From positions 15,798 through 79,797 of IMG/VR virus record IMGVR_UViG_3300012683_000008: a stretch of 64,000 nucleotides of DNA. One strand, written 5' to 3'. The stretch is from a virus. The notes under the pieces were generated by a model. It was not told where the DNA came from and searched no databases. It worked only from the letters and a program-made list of their open reading frames with translations. Position numbers and translations under genes: made by a program. Numbering within the stretch: position 1 is the stretch's first letter; each line of letters begins with the position of its first letter. Shown here in pieces: positions 44,814 to 54,602 of the stretch.

Positions 44814-45309
44814 GATCAACCGCTTCGCCGGTGGCGACGCAGCTCGGGTCAAGGAGCAGTTCCAGGCCTACGTGCAGCAGCTTCAGGCTGCTCTCGAAGA
44901 CTCGAATGCCAAGCTCCAAGCTGCCAAGAACTCCTTCCGGCAGCTCGTGCAGCTCACGCCCATGCAGCAGCGTGGGCCTGAGGGGAAGGCCACCAAGATC
45001 GACTACGGCCCTCTGAACGTCACCTCGGCGACCAAGAGGTGGCTCGACGCAACGTCCCTTCTGCAACTGGCCGCCAAGCACCAGATCCTGGACCGTCTTC
45101 TGGCCCTGACCACCTTCGACAAGGAAGGCAAAGAGTTCAAGCTCGTCGAGCAGCAGTGGATCATCAACTACGAGCACGTCTACAAGTGGCTCAAGGAGAA
45201 CAAGCTCGACAACATCATCGACGGCTCCTACGACGAGAAGGAAGAGACTCCTCGTGTCGGTGGTGCCAAGCCTCTCGCCTTCCTGGGAGAGAAGATCGAG
45301 AAGTCGTGA
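44710..45309 (+). CDS. Hypothetical coiled-coil protein
   Basis: 199 aa; GGAGG RBS. Confidence 0.7.
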   Translation: MEKQEHQQRIDEYTEAVKKYKEMEEHFLSGGVAVEINRFAGGDAARVKEQFQAYVQQLQAALEDSNAKLQAAKNSFRQLVQLTPMQQRGPEGKATKIDYGPLNVTSATKRWLDATSLLQLAAKHQILDRLLALTTFDKEGKEFKLVEQQWIINYEHVYKWLKENKLDNIIDGSYDEKEETPRVGGAKPLAFLGEKIEKS

Positions 45310-45518
45310 AGAACATCGACATCAGCTACACGCGGCGACAGTTCGATCTGATGATGACAGCCCTGGCCGCTCTGAGTGAGCACGACCTGGCAGTAGCCGA
45401 GCACGCCAAGGGTCGGAAGTCGGCTCGTCGTGCGGTCAGGTTCTTTCTCGCCAGGAAGAACAGGGCTGCGAGGCTTCAGGTGAAGATGCTCCTGACCAAG
45501 CAGAAGCAGAAGAGGTGA
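45306..45518 (+). CDS. Small basic hypothetical protein
   Basis: GTGA overlaps at both ends. Confidence 0.5.
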   Translation: MKNIDISYTRRQFDLMMTALAALSEHDLAVAEHAKGRKSARRAVRFFLARKNRAARLQVKMLLTKQKQKR

Positions 45519-45889
45519 CGATGCATACCTACGTCAAAGAGCCCAGGTTCCATGTCACCTGTCAGCTCGAAGCACCAGACATGAAGACCGAAACACTCAT
45601 CTTCGAAGGCGAAACCCCGAGGGAACTCATGGACCAGTACAAGCAGTTGATCGGTGACGGCAATGCGAGCGTGTCTGTGTCGACGGACATGAGCATCAAG
45701 AAGTTCGGCGCAGGTTCTTCGGCGATGGTGACGGTCTCACTGACCTGCAACCAGGATCAGCAGACCATCGCTGCGGCCATCGACCTGGCGGCGCAGACGG
45801 GCCGCTACTACGCCAAGGCGTACCAGCAGCAGGCCGAAGGAGAACTCCGTACTCTGCTCCAGTCGCAGGGTCGGCCAGTGGAGTTCTGA
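45515..45889 (+). CDS. Hypothetical protein
   Basis: 124-aa ORF in coupled chain. Confidence 0.65.
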   Translation: MTMHTYVKEPRFHVTCQLEAPDMKTETLIFEGETPRELMDQYKQLIGDGNASVSVSTDMSIKKFGAGSSAMVTVSLTCNQDQQTIAAAIDLAAQTGRYYAKAYQQQAEGELRTLLQSQGRPVEF

Positions 45890-46200
45890 TGACGAAGCTC
45901 GAACCCATCAGCAAGATCGACGCAGTCGACATCGGCGAGGTGACGATCAACCTCGCCATGCAGGGCAACTTCACCATGATGATCGCCACTGCTCACTACG
46001 CTCTCGTCGTCACTGAGACGGGAGTCAGAGTCGGCAAGGGCACTGTGTCTTCCTGGAGCCCTGCGACTCAGCAGAAGGTCAAGGACCTCCTCGCGGCGAT
46101 GGAAGGTGACATCTGCGTCGAGGTGTTCGGGAAGGGACCTCAACCTGTTGAGGGTGCGGTCCAAGACACCCCCAATTCAGACGGCATCCCAGGGCTCTGA
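45889..46200 (+). CDS. Hypothetical protein
   Basis: TGATG coupling. Confidence 0.65.
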   Translation: MTKLEPISKIDAVDIGEVTINLAMQGNFTMMIATAHYALVVTETGVRVGKGTVSSWSPATQQKVKDLLAAMEGDICVEVFGKGPQPVEGAVQDTPNSDGIPGL

Positions 46201-46230
46201 TTGACAGGGCCTTTCCGTCTGGTACTCAAG

Positions 46231-46334
46231 CGCCGCTCACCTCCTGCAAGAGGGGAGACTACTCGGCGACCAACTTGCTCCACTTGTCCGGGATAAGGGA
46301 CCCAGCGGTGGAACTTTAGGTCGCCGAGTCGGCG
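46231..46334 (+). ncRNA. Candidate structured RNA/DNA element upstream of DnaB, with GGGATAAG in the apical loop
   Basis: Nested stems CGCCG/CGGCG, ACTCGGCGACC/GGTCGCCGAGT, TCCAC/GTGGA, GTCC/GGAC; TTGACA at 46201. Confidence 0.4.
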
Positions 46335-46355
46335 GCTCTAACCGGGGACTACAAC

Positions 46356-47789
46356 TTGTCAGCCAATATCGAACTCGCTCTCCTCACACGTGCTGCGGAG
46401 ACGGGAGACTTCAACTCGCTTGTGAAAGCGGGAATCACCGAGGGCTACTTCTTCACGCCCGAGGCCAGAGAAGTCTTCCGTTTCCTCAATGAGATGTACC
46501 ACGCACCAGCAACCGCTGGGCAGGTACCGACGATTGACTTCGTCCGGTACCGGTTTCCCACGCTGCACCTTAGCTCTCCTCCGGACACTGTTCCGATTCT
46601 TGCCGAGCAACTCAGGCAGGAGAAGCTTCGCATCGAGCTCTTGCAGTTGGCTCAGATGATCAACGATCGAGCAGGTCTCGACACTGCGGCATGTATCGCC
46701 GAGCTTCGACAGAAGTCTGTCGAGATCGCCTCGATGCATGAGCCAGGAGAAGACCTCTCCATGTCGGCTGTCTACGACATGATCAAGAGTGAGTACGAGC
46801 TCGTGCAGAACACGCACGGAATGCTCGGCATCCCATACCCATGGGCCGTTCTGAACGATGAGCTCCAAGGCATGCAGGCGAGCCAGTTCATCGTCCTGTT
46901 CGGTCGTCCGAAGTCGATGAAGACGTGGATCGCCGTCTACATGGCGGCTCATGCGTACATCCACTCTCGGAGAAGGGTTCTCTTCTACACGAGAGAGATG
47001 CACCCGAAGCAGATCGCCAAGAGAGTCGCCTGCGCCATTGCTCGGGTCGACTACAAATCGTTCGTCAGCGGTCGTCTTCAGCCAGAGCTCAGGCAACGGG
47101 TCTTCACCATCCTCCAGGAACTCAGGGATGACGAGACTGCTTCCGGCACCTACGCAGGTCATCAGCCGTGCTTCCGCATCACCACGGACCGAGGTCGTTC
47201 TGGTCGTGGCAGCGGTGGCGTGGCGTGGCTCCAGGCGAAGATTCGTGAAGTCCAGCCGCACATCGTCTTCGTCGATGGCATGTACCTGATGAAGGACGAC
47301 CGTTCGAACCAGCGCTCGATCGACTGGAAACAGGTCGCTCACATCTCTCAGGACCTGAAACTCACCTGCCAGGAGTTCGAGATTCCGCTCATCGGCATCA
47401 CTCAAGCGAATCGTAGTTCGGACAAGTCCAAGGGCGAGGATCTCACCGAGCTCTCCTTCTCTGACTCACTGGGGCAGGACGCAGATGCAGTCTTCAGAGT
47501 GTCGAAGGTCAACAGAGTCGACGAAGCAGGTCAGAAGAGGACCGAACTCCTACTGACGGCGCCAGGTCTTCGAGAAGGAACCTTCGAGGGCATGGTGCTC
47601 AACGGGCAGCCGGCGACGAACTTCGACTACATCCGGACGATGACGTCTGGAGACTCGGAGAGCGACTACGGTGACCAGAGAAACCGTGGTCGTGGTGGTG
47701 GCCCGAGAGGCGGGCCTCCTCCGGGAGGAGCCAGTTCGTTCCGACGTCCTCCCAATGACCCTCGCATCAACAACGGCGCATTGAGGTAG
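46356..47789 (+). CDS. dnaB: Replicative DNA helicase, DnaB/SF4 family
   Basis: GIPYPW, FGRPKSMKT, FYTREM, FVDGMYLM, ITQANR, SDSLGQDADAVF. Confidence 0.88.
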   Translation: MSANIELALLTRAAETGDFNSLVKAGITEGYFFTPEAREVFRFLNEMYHAPATAGQVPTIDFVRYRFPTLHLSSPPDTVPILAEQLRQEKLRIELLQLAQMINDRAGLDTAACIAELRQKSVEIASMHEPGEDLSMSAVYDMIKSEYELVQNTHGMLGIPYPWAVLNDELQGMQASQFIVLFGRPKSMKTWIAVYMAAHAYIHSRRRVLFYTREMHPKQIAKRVACAIARVDYKSFVSGRLQPELRQRVFTILQELRDDETASGTYAGHQPCFRITTDRGRSGRGSGGVAWLQAKIREVQPHIVFVDGMYLMKDDRSNQRSIDWKQVAHISQDLKLTCQEFEIPLIGITQANRSSDKSKGEDLTELSFSDSLGQDADAVFRVSKVNRVDEAGQKRTELLLTAPGLREGTFEGMVLNGQPATNFDYIRTMTSGDSESDYGDQRNRGRGGGPRGGPPPGGASSFRRPPNDPRINNGALR

Positions 47790-47791
47790 CC

Positions 47792-48940
47792 ATGCAGGAT
47801 GAAGTCTTCGCCACGGTCCAGAAGTATCTGGCGGGTCCGTTCCGCCAACTAGGCGGAGGAAACGTCCTCACAAAGTGTCCGTTCCACAAGGGAGGAGAAG
47901 AAGCGAAACCGTCGTTCTCCATCAACATCCAGACAGGGCTGTTTCACTGCTTCACGGGTGGCTGCAACGTCGCAGGTGGCATTCAGTACCTGCTTCATCT
48001 CTTAGGTCTTCCACGGGACAGGATCGATGCCGAGCTAGCGGGCATTCGACCCATCCTGGAGAAGAACCGAGAGACATACCTCCTGGAGAAGCAGAACGTC
48101 TTCAAGAACAACAACCCCTTCAAGGCGGATGCGATTCTTCCGGAGTCCATCCTTGGGGTCTATGAGTGGGCGCCACAGAAGCTCATCAACGACGGCTTCG
48201 ACGTGAACCTGCTCCGAGACCTGGAGATCGGTTTCGACAAGAACCAAGAGCGCATCATGTACCCGCTGAGGGATCTCTACGGGAACCTGGCCGGCTTCTC
48301 AGGCGGCGCTCAGCACGCATGGCAACAGCCGAAGTACCACGTGTACCAAGGACGTCGGAAGGTCGACAACCGCTGGGTAGATGGGGACTTCGGCAAGTGG
48401 TTCGATGACGAGTTCCCCGAATACAAGTGTGAGAACCACGACTTCTTGTGGAACTTTCACCGGGTCTACCCTCGGGTCCTGGGGATGTCAGACCCCAATG
48501 CTACGGTGTTCATCGTCGAAGGCTTCAAGGCCTGCATGTGGATGTTGCAGGCCGGGTATGCGAACACGGTGGCGTTGATGGGCAGCTACATCTCGGAGCG
48601 TCAGCAGATGATGCTCCATCGGTTGAACACGAACGTGGTCCTCTTCTTGGACAACGACAGGGCAGGAAGGGAGGCATCAGTCTGGGTTGGAGAACATCTG
48701 TGGCTCCCGATGAGAGGTCGGGTCTCAGTGGTCCTCTACCCTCAAGAAGACGCAGGCGAAAACACCCAGCCTGATGACTACTACCCTGAGACGATTCACC
48801 AGTTGGTGCAGCAACGAGTTCCCCACTCGCAATTCGCGAGCTGGATGATGCAGCAAAACGCAGAGCTGAAAACGAAGATCGAAAGGAAAAGGAGAAAGCA
48901 TCATGGCAATCAGCGCATTCCGCCGTTCAGCGGCGACTGA
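47792..48940 (+). CDS. dnaG: DNA primase, DnaG type
   Basis: CPFH..KPSF..FHCFTGGC zinc domain, RIMYP..GFSG..PKY, TOPRIM IVEG..ALMG..LDNDRAG. Confidence 0.9.
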   Translation: MQDEVFATVQKYLAGPFRQLGGGNVLTKCPFHKGGEEAKPSFSINIQTGLFHCFTGGCNVAGGIQYLLHLLGLPRDRIDAELAGIRPILEKNRETYLLEKQNVFKNNNPFKADAILPESILGVYEWAPQKLINDGFDVNLLRDLEIGFDKNQERIMYPLRDLYGNLAGFSGGAQHAWQQPKYHVYQGRRKVDNRWVDGDFGKWFDDEFPEYKCENHDFLWNFHRVYPRVLGMSDPNATVFIVEGFKACMWMLQAGYANTVALMGSYISERQQMMLHRLNTNVVLFLDNDRAGREASVWVGEHLWLPMRGRVSVVLYPQEDAGENTQPDDYYPETIHQLVQQRVPHSQFASWMMQQNAELKTKIERKRRKHHGNQRIPPFSGD

Positions 48941-50354
48941 GGCGAAGCAGAAGGGCGGGAAGGGGAGCAAGGGAGCGTGGTACGAGAAGCTCCGGCTCCC
49001 TCAGGGAAGCCCAACGCCCGTGGCAATCCTGCACGGCAGCCACCTCGACAAGAGCCCTCCCCCGTCTCTCATCGAGGTTGATCCGGCTACCGGTCGGGCC
49101 AAGGAGGTCTACAACGACTACGCCAAGGTCAAGAAGCACGTCCGGAAGATGATGAACGGCAACAAGCAGGACTTCCGGGACGAGCCGTGCTCAGCGGGAC
49201 CGGATCCGCACAACCAGCAGCCCTGCGCCGGCTGCCGAGCGATGGACCTCGGAGACAAGAGCATCACGGTCAAAGATGCCTTCCTCTTCACGGTCGTTCA
49301 CCTGGCGCCGTACCACATCCACCCTCTGATCGATCGGCAGACGAAGCAGATCGTGATGAAGGACGGAGGGCAGGGCGGGCCGGTGATGGTCTTCTCCGAG
49401 TGCGAGGGCCGCACCTGCAACTTCTGCCGAGTGGCTCGTGGGGAGCCGCCGTTCGTACAGCAGGGTGAGAACTGGCCGGGCTGGCAGGCAAACCAGTTCA
49501 CGACCGAGTTCGGTCACCGTCGCTACCTGGAGGTCGGCAAGAGCCACCTCTCGGATCTCGACGGATTCGAGCAGAGCATCTCCAGCATCTGCGCCAACCC
49601 TCAGTGCGGCAACCAGCTCACGACGGACGGCTACCGCTGCCCGACGTGCAAGACCATGCTGATCGACATGGAGAGGGACCCCAGGTCGGACGCTCAGATT
49701 CTGGATGCCGTGCTGGCTCCGTACCCGTGCCACACCTGCCAGCGAGGAGTGCTGCTGGAGGAAGTCGTGAGCTGCGAGTTCTGCGCTGCTGCCGGTCGGC
49801 AGATGGCTCGGACCTCGCTGTTCGACAACGTGCTCTACCTGTTCCGTCAGGGCGAGGGCACGAAGTCGCACCTCATGATGCAGCGGCATCAGGGCATCGA
49901 CTCTTTCGGCGCTCAGCTCACTCAGATGGGCTGGCTGACGAACGGGAAGACGATCCAACAGCTCATCGCCGACCTCGGCAAGCCGTACGAGTTCGACAAG
50001 ATGTTCGAGCCTCGGAGCATCGAAGAGCAGGTGAAGAAGCTCCAGCTCCAGCCACAGCAGACCCAGCAGTCGGCGTACGGGGCCTACCCTGGCCAGCAGG
50101 CGCCGAACTACGGTCCTCAGCCTGGCTACCCGCCTCAGGGTCAGCCCGGCTACCCGGCACCTGGAGCAGCGTACCCTCAGCAGCAGATGGGGTACCTGCC
50201 TCCCGGTCCTGGGACGGCTCCGCAGCAGCAGTTCATGGGCCCAGGTGGGGCTGCACCGCAACAGCAGCCCCAGGGCTACGCTCCGTACCCTGCACAGCAG
50301 CAGTCGGGACCCGCTCCATTCCAGCCGGGTCCTCGCACGAACTTCGGTTCGTGA
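48903..50354 (+). CDS. Putative ssDNA-binding/replication protein with multiple zinc ribbons and Q/P/G/Y tail
   Basis: Between primase and polymerase, strong codon bias, own terminator, several CxxC pairs; SSB role inferred from position only. Confidence 0.5.
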   Translation: MAISAFRRSAATEAKQKGGKGSKGAWYEKLRLPQGSPTPVAILHGSHLDKSPPPSLIEVDPATGRAKEVYNDYAKVKKHVRKMMNGNKQDFRDEPCSAGPDPHNQQPCAGCRAMDLGDKSITVKDAFLFTVVHLAPYHIHPLIDRQTKQIVMKDGGQGGPVMVFSECEGRTCNFCRVARGEPPFVQQGENWPGWQANQFTTEFGHRRYLEVGKSHLSDLDGFEQSISSICANPQCGNQLTTDGYRCPTCKTMLIDMERDPRSDAQILDAVLAPYPCHTCQRGVLLEEVVSCEFCAAAGRQMARTSLFDNVLYLFRQGEGTKSHLMMQRHQGIDSFGAQLTQMGWLTNGKTIQQLIADLGKPYEFDKMFEPRSIEEQVKKLQLQPQQTQQSAYGAYPGQQAPNYGPQPGYPPQGQPGYPAPGAAYPQQQMGYLPPGPGTAPQQQFMGPGGAAPQQQPQGYAPYPAQQQSGPAPFQPGPRTNFGS

Positions 50355-50366
50355 TGCAGTAGAGAG

Positions 50367-50409
50367 AAGCCCTCCCTCGAAAGGGGGAGGGCTTTCTTCC
50401 CCTTTAGCC
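50367..50409 (+). terminator. Hairpin terminator (GAAA loop) followed by TTTAGCC
   Basis: AAGCCCTCCCTC-gaaa-GGGGGAGGGCTT, TCTTCCCC, TTTAGCC. Confidence 0.75.
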
Positions 50410-50420
50410 ACGAGGCACTC

Positions 50421-52427
50421 TTGTTCGCATTCGACATGTCGATTCCGGTCGGCCATCTGGTCGAGACGGAGCACGAAGCTCGGCAGTGGATGCAGTACTT
50501 TCTTCAGTCGCACAAACAGAACGGCGGGCTCGGTCTCGACTCTGAGACCACGGGCCTGAAGAGGCACCGAGACATCGTCATCCTCTTCTCGGTCTCTGAT
50601 GGGCAACATCGCATCTGTCTTCCTTCGCAGTTCATCGGGCTCTACAAGGAGCCTCTGTTGGAGAACCCGGAGATCAACTTCGACTTCACCAACGCCCCCT
50701 TCGACGCTCACATGTTCGCCAACTCCGGTGCGGACCTATCGAAAGCTGGCGACTGGCGAGACACCAGGATTCAGTCCTGGCTGCACAACGAGAACAACGT
50801 CGGACGTCACGGTCTGAAGGACAGCGTCAAGGCGCAGTTCAACCGAGAGACGCCCTCCTTCGAGTCCATCTTCGGGAAGGTTCCTCCGAAGCGGAAAGAC
50901 AAGGCCACGGGTCGAGACATCATCGTGACGGTGGGTGATCTCATCCGTGCGGCGATGAGCGATCCAGAGAAGAGGGTCCAGGCCTCCGACTACGCCAGCC
51001 TCGACGCCTACAACTCGACGATGCTGCGGCACCGATTCGACAAGCTGCTGGGCGAGCAAGAGCTCTACCCCAACATGTCGGCGAGGGACTTCTTCTACCA
51101 AGTCGAGGTCCCCTTCACGAAGCTGCTCTGGAAGTTGGAGCGTCGTGGCATCACTGTCGATGCCGGCTACCTCAAGAGCCTGCAAGGTCCAATGGAAGCG
51201 GAGATGATTCGCATCCAGAGAGAGTTCGCTCACGAACGTGGGCAGCTCGTGAACCTCGATTCCACCCTCGCCATTCGAGACTTCTTCTTCAATCACTTGA
51301 GGAAACAGCCCATCAAGATGACGAAGGGCGGGGCCTCAGGGAACAAACAGCCCTCCACTGACGCAGAGGTTCTCGAAGCCTGGGCAGGCGAAGGTGATCG
51401 CTGGGCGCAGCTTCTTCTGGCCCACCGCAGCATCTCCAAGATCTACGGCACCTACGTCACCAGCTTGCAGGAGTGGATCGACCAGTACTACCGCATCCAC
51501 ACCTCTCTGAACCAGACCGGCACCGTCACCGGCCGCCTGTCTTCCTCCGAGCCGAACCTCCAGAACATCCCACGCCCCGGCGAAGACAAGTTCAAGATCA
51601 GAGAAGCGTTCATCCCAGGAGCAGGGAAAGTCCTGGTGGTGGCCGACTACTCGCAGTTGGAGATGCGCCTCATGGCGCACTTCGCCGGCGACGAGAAGAT
51701 GATCGAGGCCATCTGGAAGGGCATCGATCTCCACTGCCTCACCGTCTCCGAGATGCACGGCATCCCCTACGACGAAGTGATGGCAGCGGTGAAGGCCGAG
51801 AAGGCGTTCAAGAAGGGCGAACGCAAAGAGCCACTGACCGAGCGTGAGGAAGAGCTTCTCTTCATGCGGCAGTCTGCCAAGGCAACCGGCTTCGGCATCA
51901 TCTACGGCATCGGTGGCCCTCGTCTCGCTGCGAACCTCACTGCGATGGGCAAGCGCATCGTCGAGGAAGAGGAAGGCTTCAGGCTCATCGACAGGTGGTT
52001 CGGCGTCTTCCCTGGCGTCAAGTCGTACATCGAGCTCACCAAGAACCTGCTGTGGCGCACTGGCTACGTGCAGACCATCATGGGTCGCTTCCGTCGGTTC
52101 GGCGACCTGCGTGGCATGAACAAGAGGGACTCTGCTCAGGCAGAGCGGCAGGGCGGCAACGCCATCATTCAGGGCTCCGCCGCAGACATCGCCAAGATGG
52201 CGATGCTCAACGCCGAGTCGGATCCGGAACTGGCTCGGCTCGGTGCGAGCCTGCTGCTCCAGATTCACGACGAGCTCATCTTCGAGTGCCCCGACGACAA
52301 GGAGACCATCGCGGCGGTGAAGAAGCGGGTGAAGGACATCATGGAGAACCCGTTCGGCGCCAACGCCCTCAAGGTTCCGCTGCCGGTCGAAATCGGCCAC
52401 GGCTACTCCTGGGCGACCGCCAAGTAA
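50421..52427 (+). CDS. polA: DNA polymerase family A with 3'-5' exonuclease
   Basis: Exo GLDSETTG, NAPFD, YASLDA; TGRLSSSEPNLQNIP, ADYSQLEMR, RQSAKATGFGIIYG, IQGSAADI, QIHDEL. Confidence 0.95.
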   Translation: MFAFDMSIPVGHLVETEHEARQWMQYFLQSHKQNGGLGLDSETTGLKRHRDIVILFSVSDGQHRICLPSQFIGLYKEPLLENPEINFDFTNAPFDAHMFANSGADLSKAGDWRDTRIQSWLHNENNVGRHGLKDSVKAQFNRETPSFESIFGKVPPKRKDKATGRDIIVTVGDLIRAAMSDPEKRVQASDYASLDAYNSTMLRHRFDKLLGEQELYPNMSARDFFYQVEVPFTKLLWKLERRGITVDAGYLKSLQGPMEAEMIRIQREFAHERGQLVNLDSTLAIRDFFFNHLRKQPIKMTKGGASGNKQPSTDAEVLEAWAGEGDRWAQLLLAHRSISKIYGTYVTSLQEWIDQYYRIHTSLNQTGTVTGRLSSSEPNLQNIPRPGEDKFKIREAFIPGAGKVLVVADYSQLEMRLMAHFAGDEKMIEAIWKGIDLHCLTVSEMHGIPYDEVMAAVKAEKAFKKGERKEPLTEREEELLFMRQSAKATGFGIIYGIGGPRLAANLTAMGKRIVEEEEGFRLIDRWFGVFPGVKSYIELTKNLLWRTGYVQTIMGRFRRFGDLRGMNKRDSAQAERQGGNAIIQGSAADIAKMAMLNAESDPELARLGASLLLQIHDELIFECPDDKETIAAVKKRVKDIMENPFGANALKVPLPVEIGHGYSWATAK

Positions 52428-52435
52428 GGCACGTC

Positions 52436-52711
52436 ATGACGGAAGTAGAGATCATCGAGGAGATCGCCGCTGCTCAGAGCCTGTCGAAGGCTACGGTGGC
52501 GGCGGTCTTCCATCAGGCGAAAGACGTGATGAGGAAGGCCCTGGAGTCCGGAGAGAGCGTCACGCTCATCGGCTTCGGGGCTCTCCGAGTCGAGAAGCAC
52601 AAGAAGAAGCAGCTCTTCGGCAAGCCCAGAGGAGAAGGGTTCTGGGTTAAGGTGAAGTTCCACCCAAGCCGGAGGAAGCCTCTTGGAAAAGTACGCCGTA
52701 GTTCTGGATGA
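52436..52711 (+). CDS. HU/IHF-like DNA-binding protein
   Basis: IIEEIAAAQSLSKA..ALESGESVTLIGFGAL..KVKFHPS; DNA-binding arm looks shortened. Confidence 0.8.
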   Translation: MTEVEIIEEIAAAQSLSKATVAAVFHQAKDVMRKALESGESVTLIGFGALRVEKHKKKQLFGKPRGEGFWVKVKFHPSRRKPLGKVRRSSG

Positions 52712-52892
52712 CGAGAAGACGAAGACTGCAAACGCAGGGCGACTGTGCCCAGGGTGCGGACACAACATCAGCACCCCTGGACACTGCTCGAACTGCGGCA
52801 CCAAGCCATTCGAGAAGCAACCAACTGGAGGCACACTTGGCGGGCAAGAAGGCGAAGAGGGAAGCTCCGGCGGCACCACCACCGACTCGTAA
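52683..52892 (+). CDS. Small zinc-ribbon protein
   Basis: GGAGG RBS + TTG; CPGC..CSNCGTKPFE. Confidence 0.55.
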   Translation: MEKYAVVLDDEKTKTANAGRLCPGCGHNISTPGHCSNCGTKPFEKQPTGGTLGGQEGEEGSSGGTTTDS

Positions 52893-54156
52893 GGGCAAGG
52901 AAGAAGCAACACCTCCCTCTCGAAGTGAGAGGGCTGCGGCTCTGATGGAGAGCATCAACACCAAGTCCAAGGGGCATGCGCAGCTCTTTGCCGCCTCTGA
53001 GTACATCCTCCCCTACCTCACGAAGAGAGTTCCGACGGGTCTTCTGACCCTCGACATCGTTCTTCGTGGAGGGATTCCGTGCGGCGGCATCAGCCAGATC
53101 ATCGGGAAGAGGAACGCCGGCAAGGACTGGCTGATGTGGCAGTGCATCAAGCAGCTTCAGTACATGCTGGGCGACAACATGCACGTCATGTTGGCGATGA
53201 ACGAGCACCACGCCGACAGATCCCAAGCACGTCTCGGTGGGGTCAAGGTCTCGATGGGCAAGGACTTCGTCGACCAGTCCAACAAGGCCCGTGAGCAGAT
53301 GGGGCAGCCTCGCTTCACGAAAGAGGAAGAAGAGAATCTGCTCAGTGAGATCGGGACCATCCACGAGCTCCACGCCTCGACCGCTGAAGACTTCTACGAC
53401 TCGATTCTTCAGGCAGTCGAAGAGGGCATCTACCACCTCATCGTCATCAACAGCATCGGCAACATCATGTCGGCGGCGGCAGCAGAGACTGACTCCGTTC
53501 ACGACAAGACCTACGCTGGCGCCGCTGGACCGAACACGGTCTTCCTCCAGAAGCTGACCAGCCTTCTGACGATGAAGGACAAGTACGGCAAGGTTCGAGA
53601 TACCTGCGTCCTTGCCATCAACCAGGTCCGAGACAACATCGCTGACCCGAACAAGCCTTACAAGGCCCCAGGCGGGAAGGCCCTCGAACACGCCAAGCTC
53701 CTCGACATCTACGTCGAGAGCGGCTCTCAGCTTGGTCAGGAGGAACAGGTCCTCAAGATGACCAACGAGGGTCTGAAGGCCTCGAAGCAGTTCACTGCAT
53801 GGGGCAAGCAGGTGAACTGGAAGATCGAGAAGGGCAAGGCCGGCATGCACGAGGGGCAGCGTGGGACGTACGTCTACGACTTCCGCCTGGGCAACGCCGA
53901 CTTCTACACCGACACGATCATCGCTGGCCTCACCTACGGAGTCATCGAAGGTTCGGGCTGGTACAACATTCCAGACCCGGCCAACACGTCTCAGAACCTC
54001 CTCCGAGTGCAGGGCCGAGACAACCTCATCAAGGCTCTGGCCGAGGACGCCAAGCTGAAGGCCGAGGCAGGCGACTCGAACACACTGATGAACTTCATCC
54101 GTGACGAGTGCTTCCGGAGAGCGGGCATCAACATCAACTACGAATGGGAGGACTGA
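52837..54156 (+). CDS. RecA/UvsX-like recombinase with atypical Walker motifs
   Basis: PTGLLTLDIVLRGGIPCG..IIGKRNAGKD, NEH, LIVINSIG, AINQVRD, PGGKALEH, KIEKGK; TTG start after GGAGG. Confidence 0.85.
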   Translation: MAGKKAKREAPAAPPPTRKGKEEATPPSRSERAAALMESINTKSKGHAQLFAASEYILPYLTKRVPTGLLTLDIVLRGGIPCGGISQIIGKRNAGKDWLMWQCIKQLQYMLGDNMHVMLAMNEHHADRSQARLGGVKVSMGKDFVDQSNKAREQMGQPRFTKEEEENLLSEIGTIHELHASTAEDFYDSILQAVEEGIYHLIVINSIGNIMSAAAAETDSVHDKTYAGAAGPNTVFLQKLTSLLTMKDKYGKVRDTCVLAINQVRDNIADPNKPYKAPGGKALEHAKLLDIYVESGSQLGQEEQVLKMTNEGLKASKQFTAWGKQVNWKIEKGKAGMHEGQRGTYVYDFRLGNADFYTDTIIAGLTYGVIEGSGWYNIPDPANTSQNLLRVQGRDNLIKALAEDAKLKAEAGDSNTLMNFIRDECFRRAGININYEWED

Positions 54157-54602
54157 TGCGCCCAGGACGAAGAAAGAGCGTTCTCCAGGAACGCAGAATC
54201 GCTGAAGACATCGGGGGCCGAGTCCAGCCCGGATCCGGTGCCCCAGCGTTCTACAAGAGCGACGCAGTAGCAGGCCTCGACCTGAGAGTCGAGGCAAAGA
54301 CCACCTCGAAGGAGAGCTACACCCTGACCACGGCCGTCATCGACAAGATCCGCAACGAAGCGCTCAGTGGCGGTCAAGAAGACTGGGCGATGCAGATCGA
54401 GTTCCAGGGGCGGTTCTCTCACAAGAGAGTCGCCGTCATCGACTGGGACAGGTTCCTCGACTTGAAGACTCGCAGCGTGGAGCTCCAGGGCGTGAAGGAT
54501 GAGCTCAGTCTTCTCTTCAAGACCATGAAGGCGGCCGAGAAGCTGAAGAAAGAGGCCGGAGAGAAACCGGACGAAGCTCTCAGCAAGGAAGACTGCGGAT
54601 GA
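54156..54602 (+). CDS. PD-(D/E)XK endonuclease, Hjc-like resolvase candidate
   Basis: QERRIA..GGRVQPGSGA..KSD..VEAKTT. Confidence 0.7.
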   Translation: MRPGRRKSVLQERRIAEDIGGRVQPGSGAPAFYKSDAVAGLDLRVEAKTTSKESYTLTTAVIDKIRNEALSGGQEDWAMQIEFQGRFSHKRVAVIDWDRFLDLKTRSVELQGVKDELSLLFKTMKAAEKLKKEAGEKPDEALSKEDCG

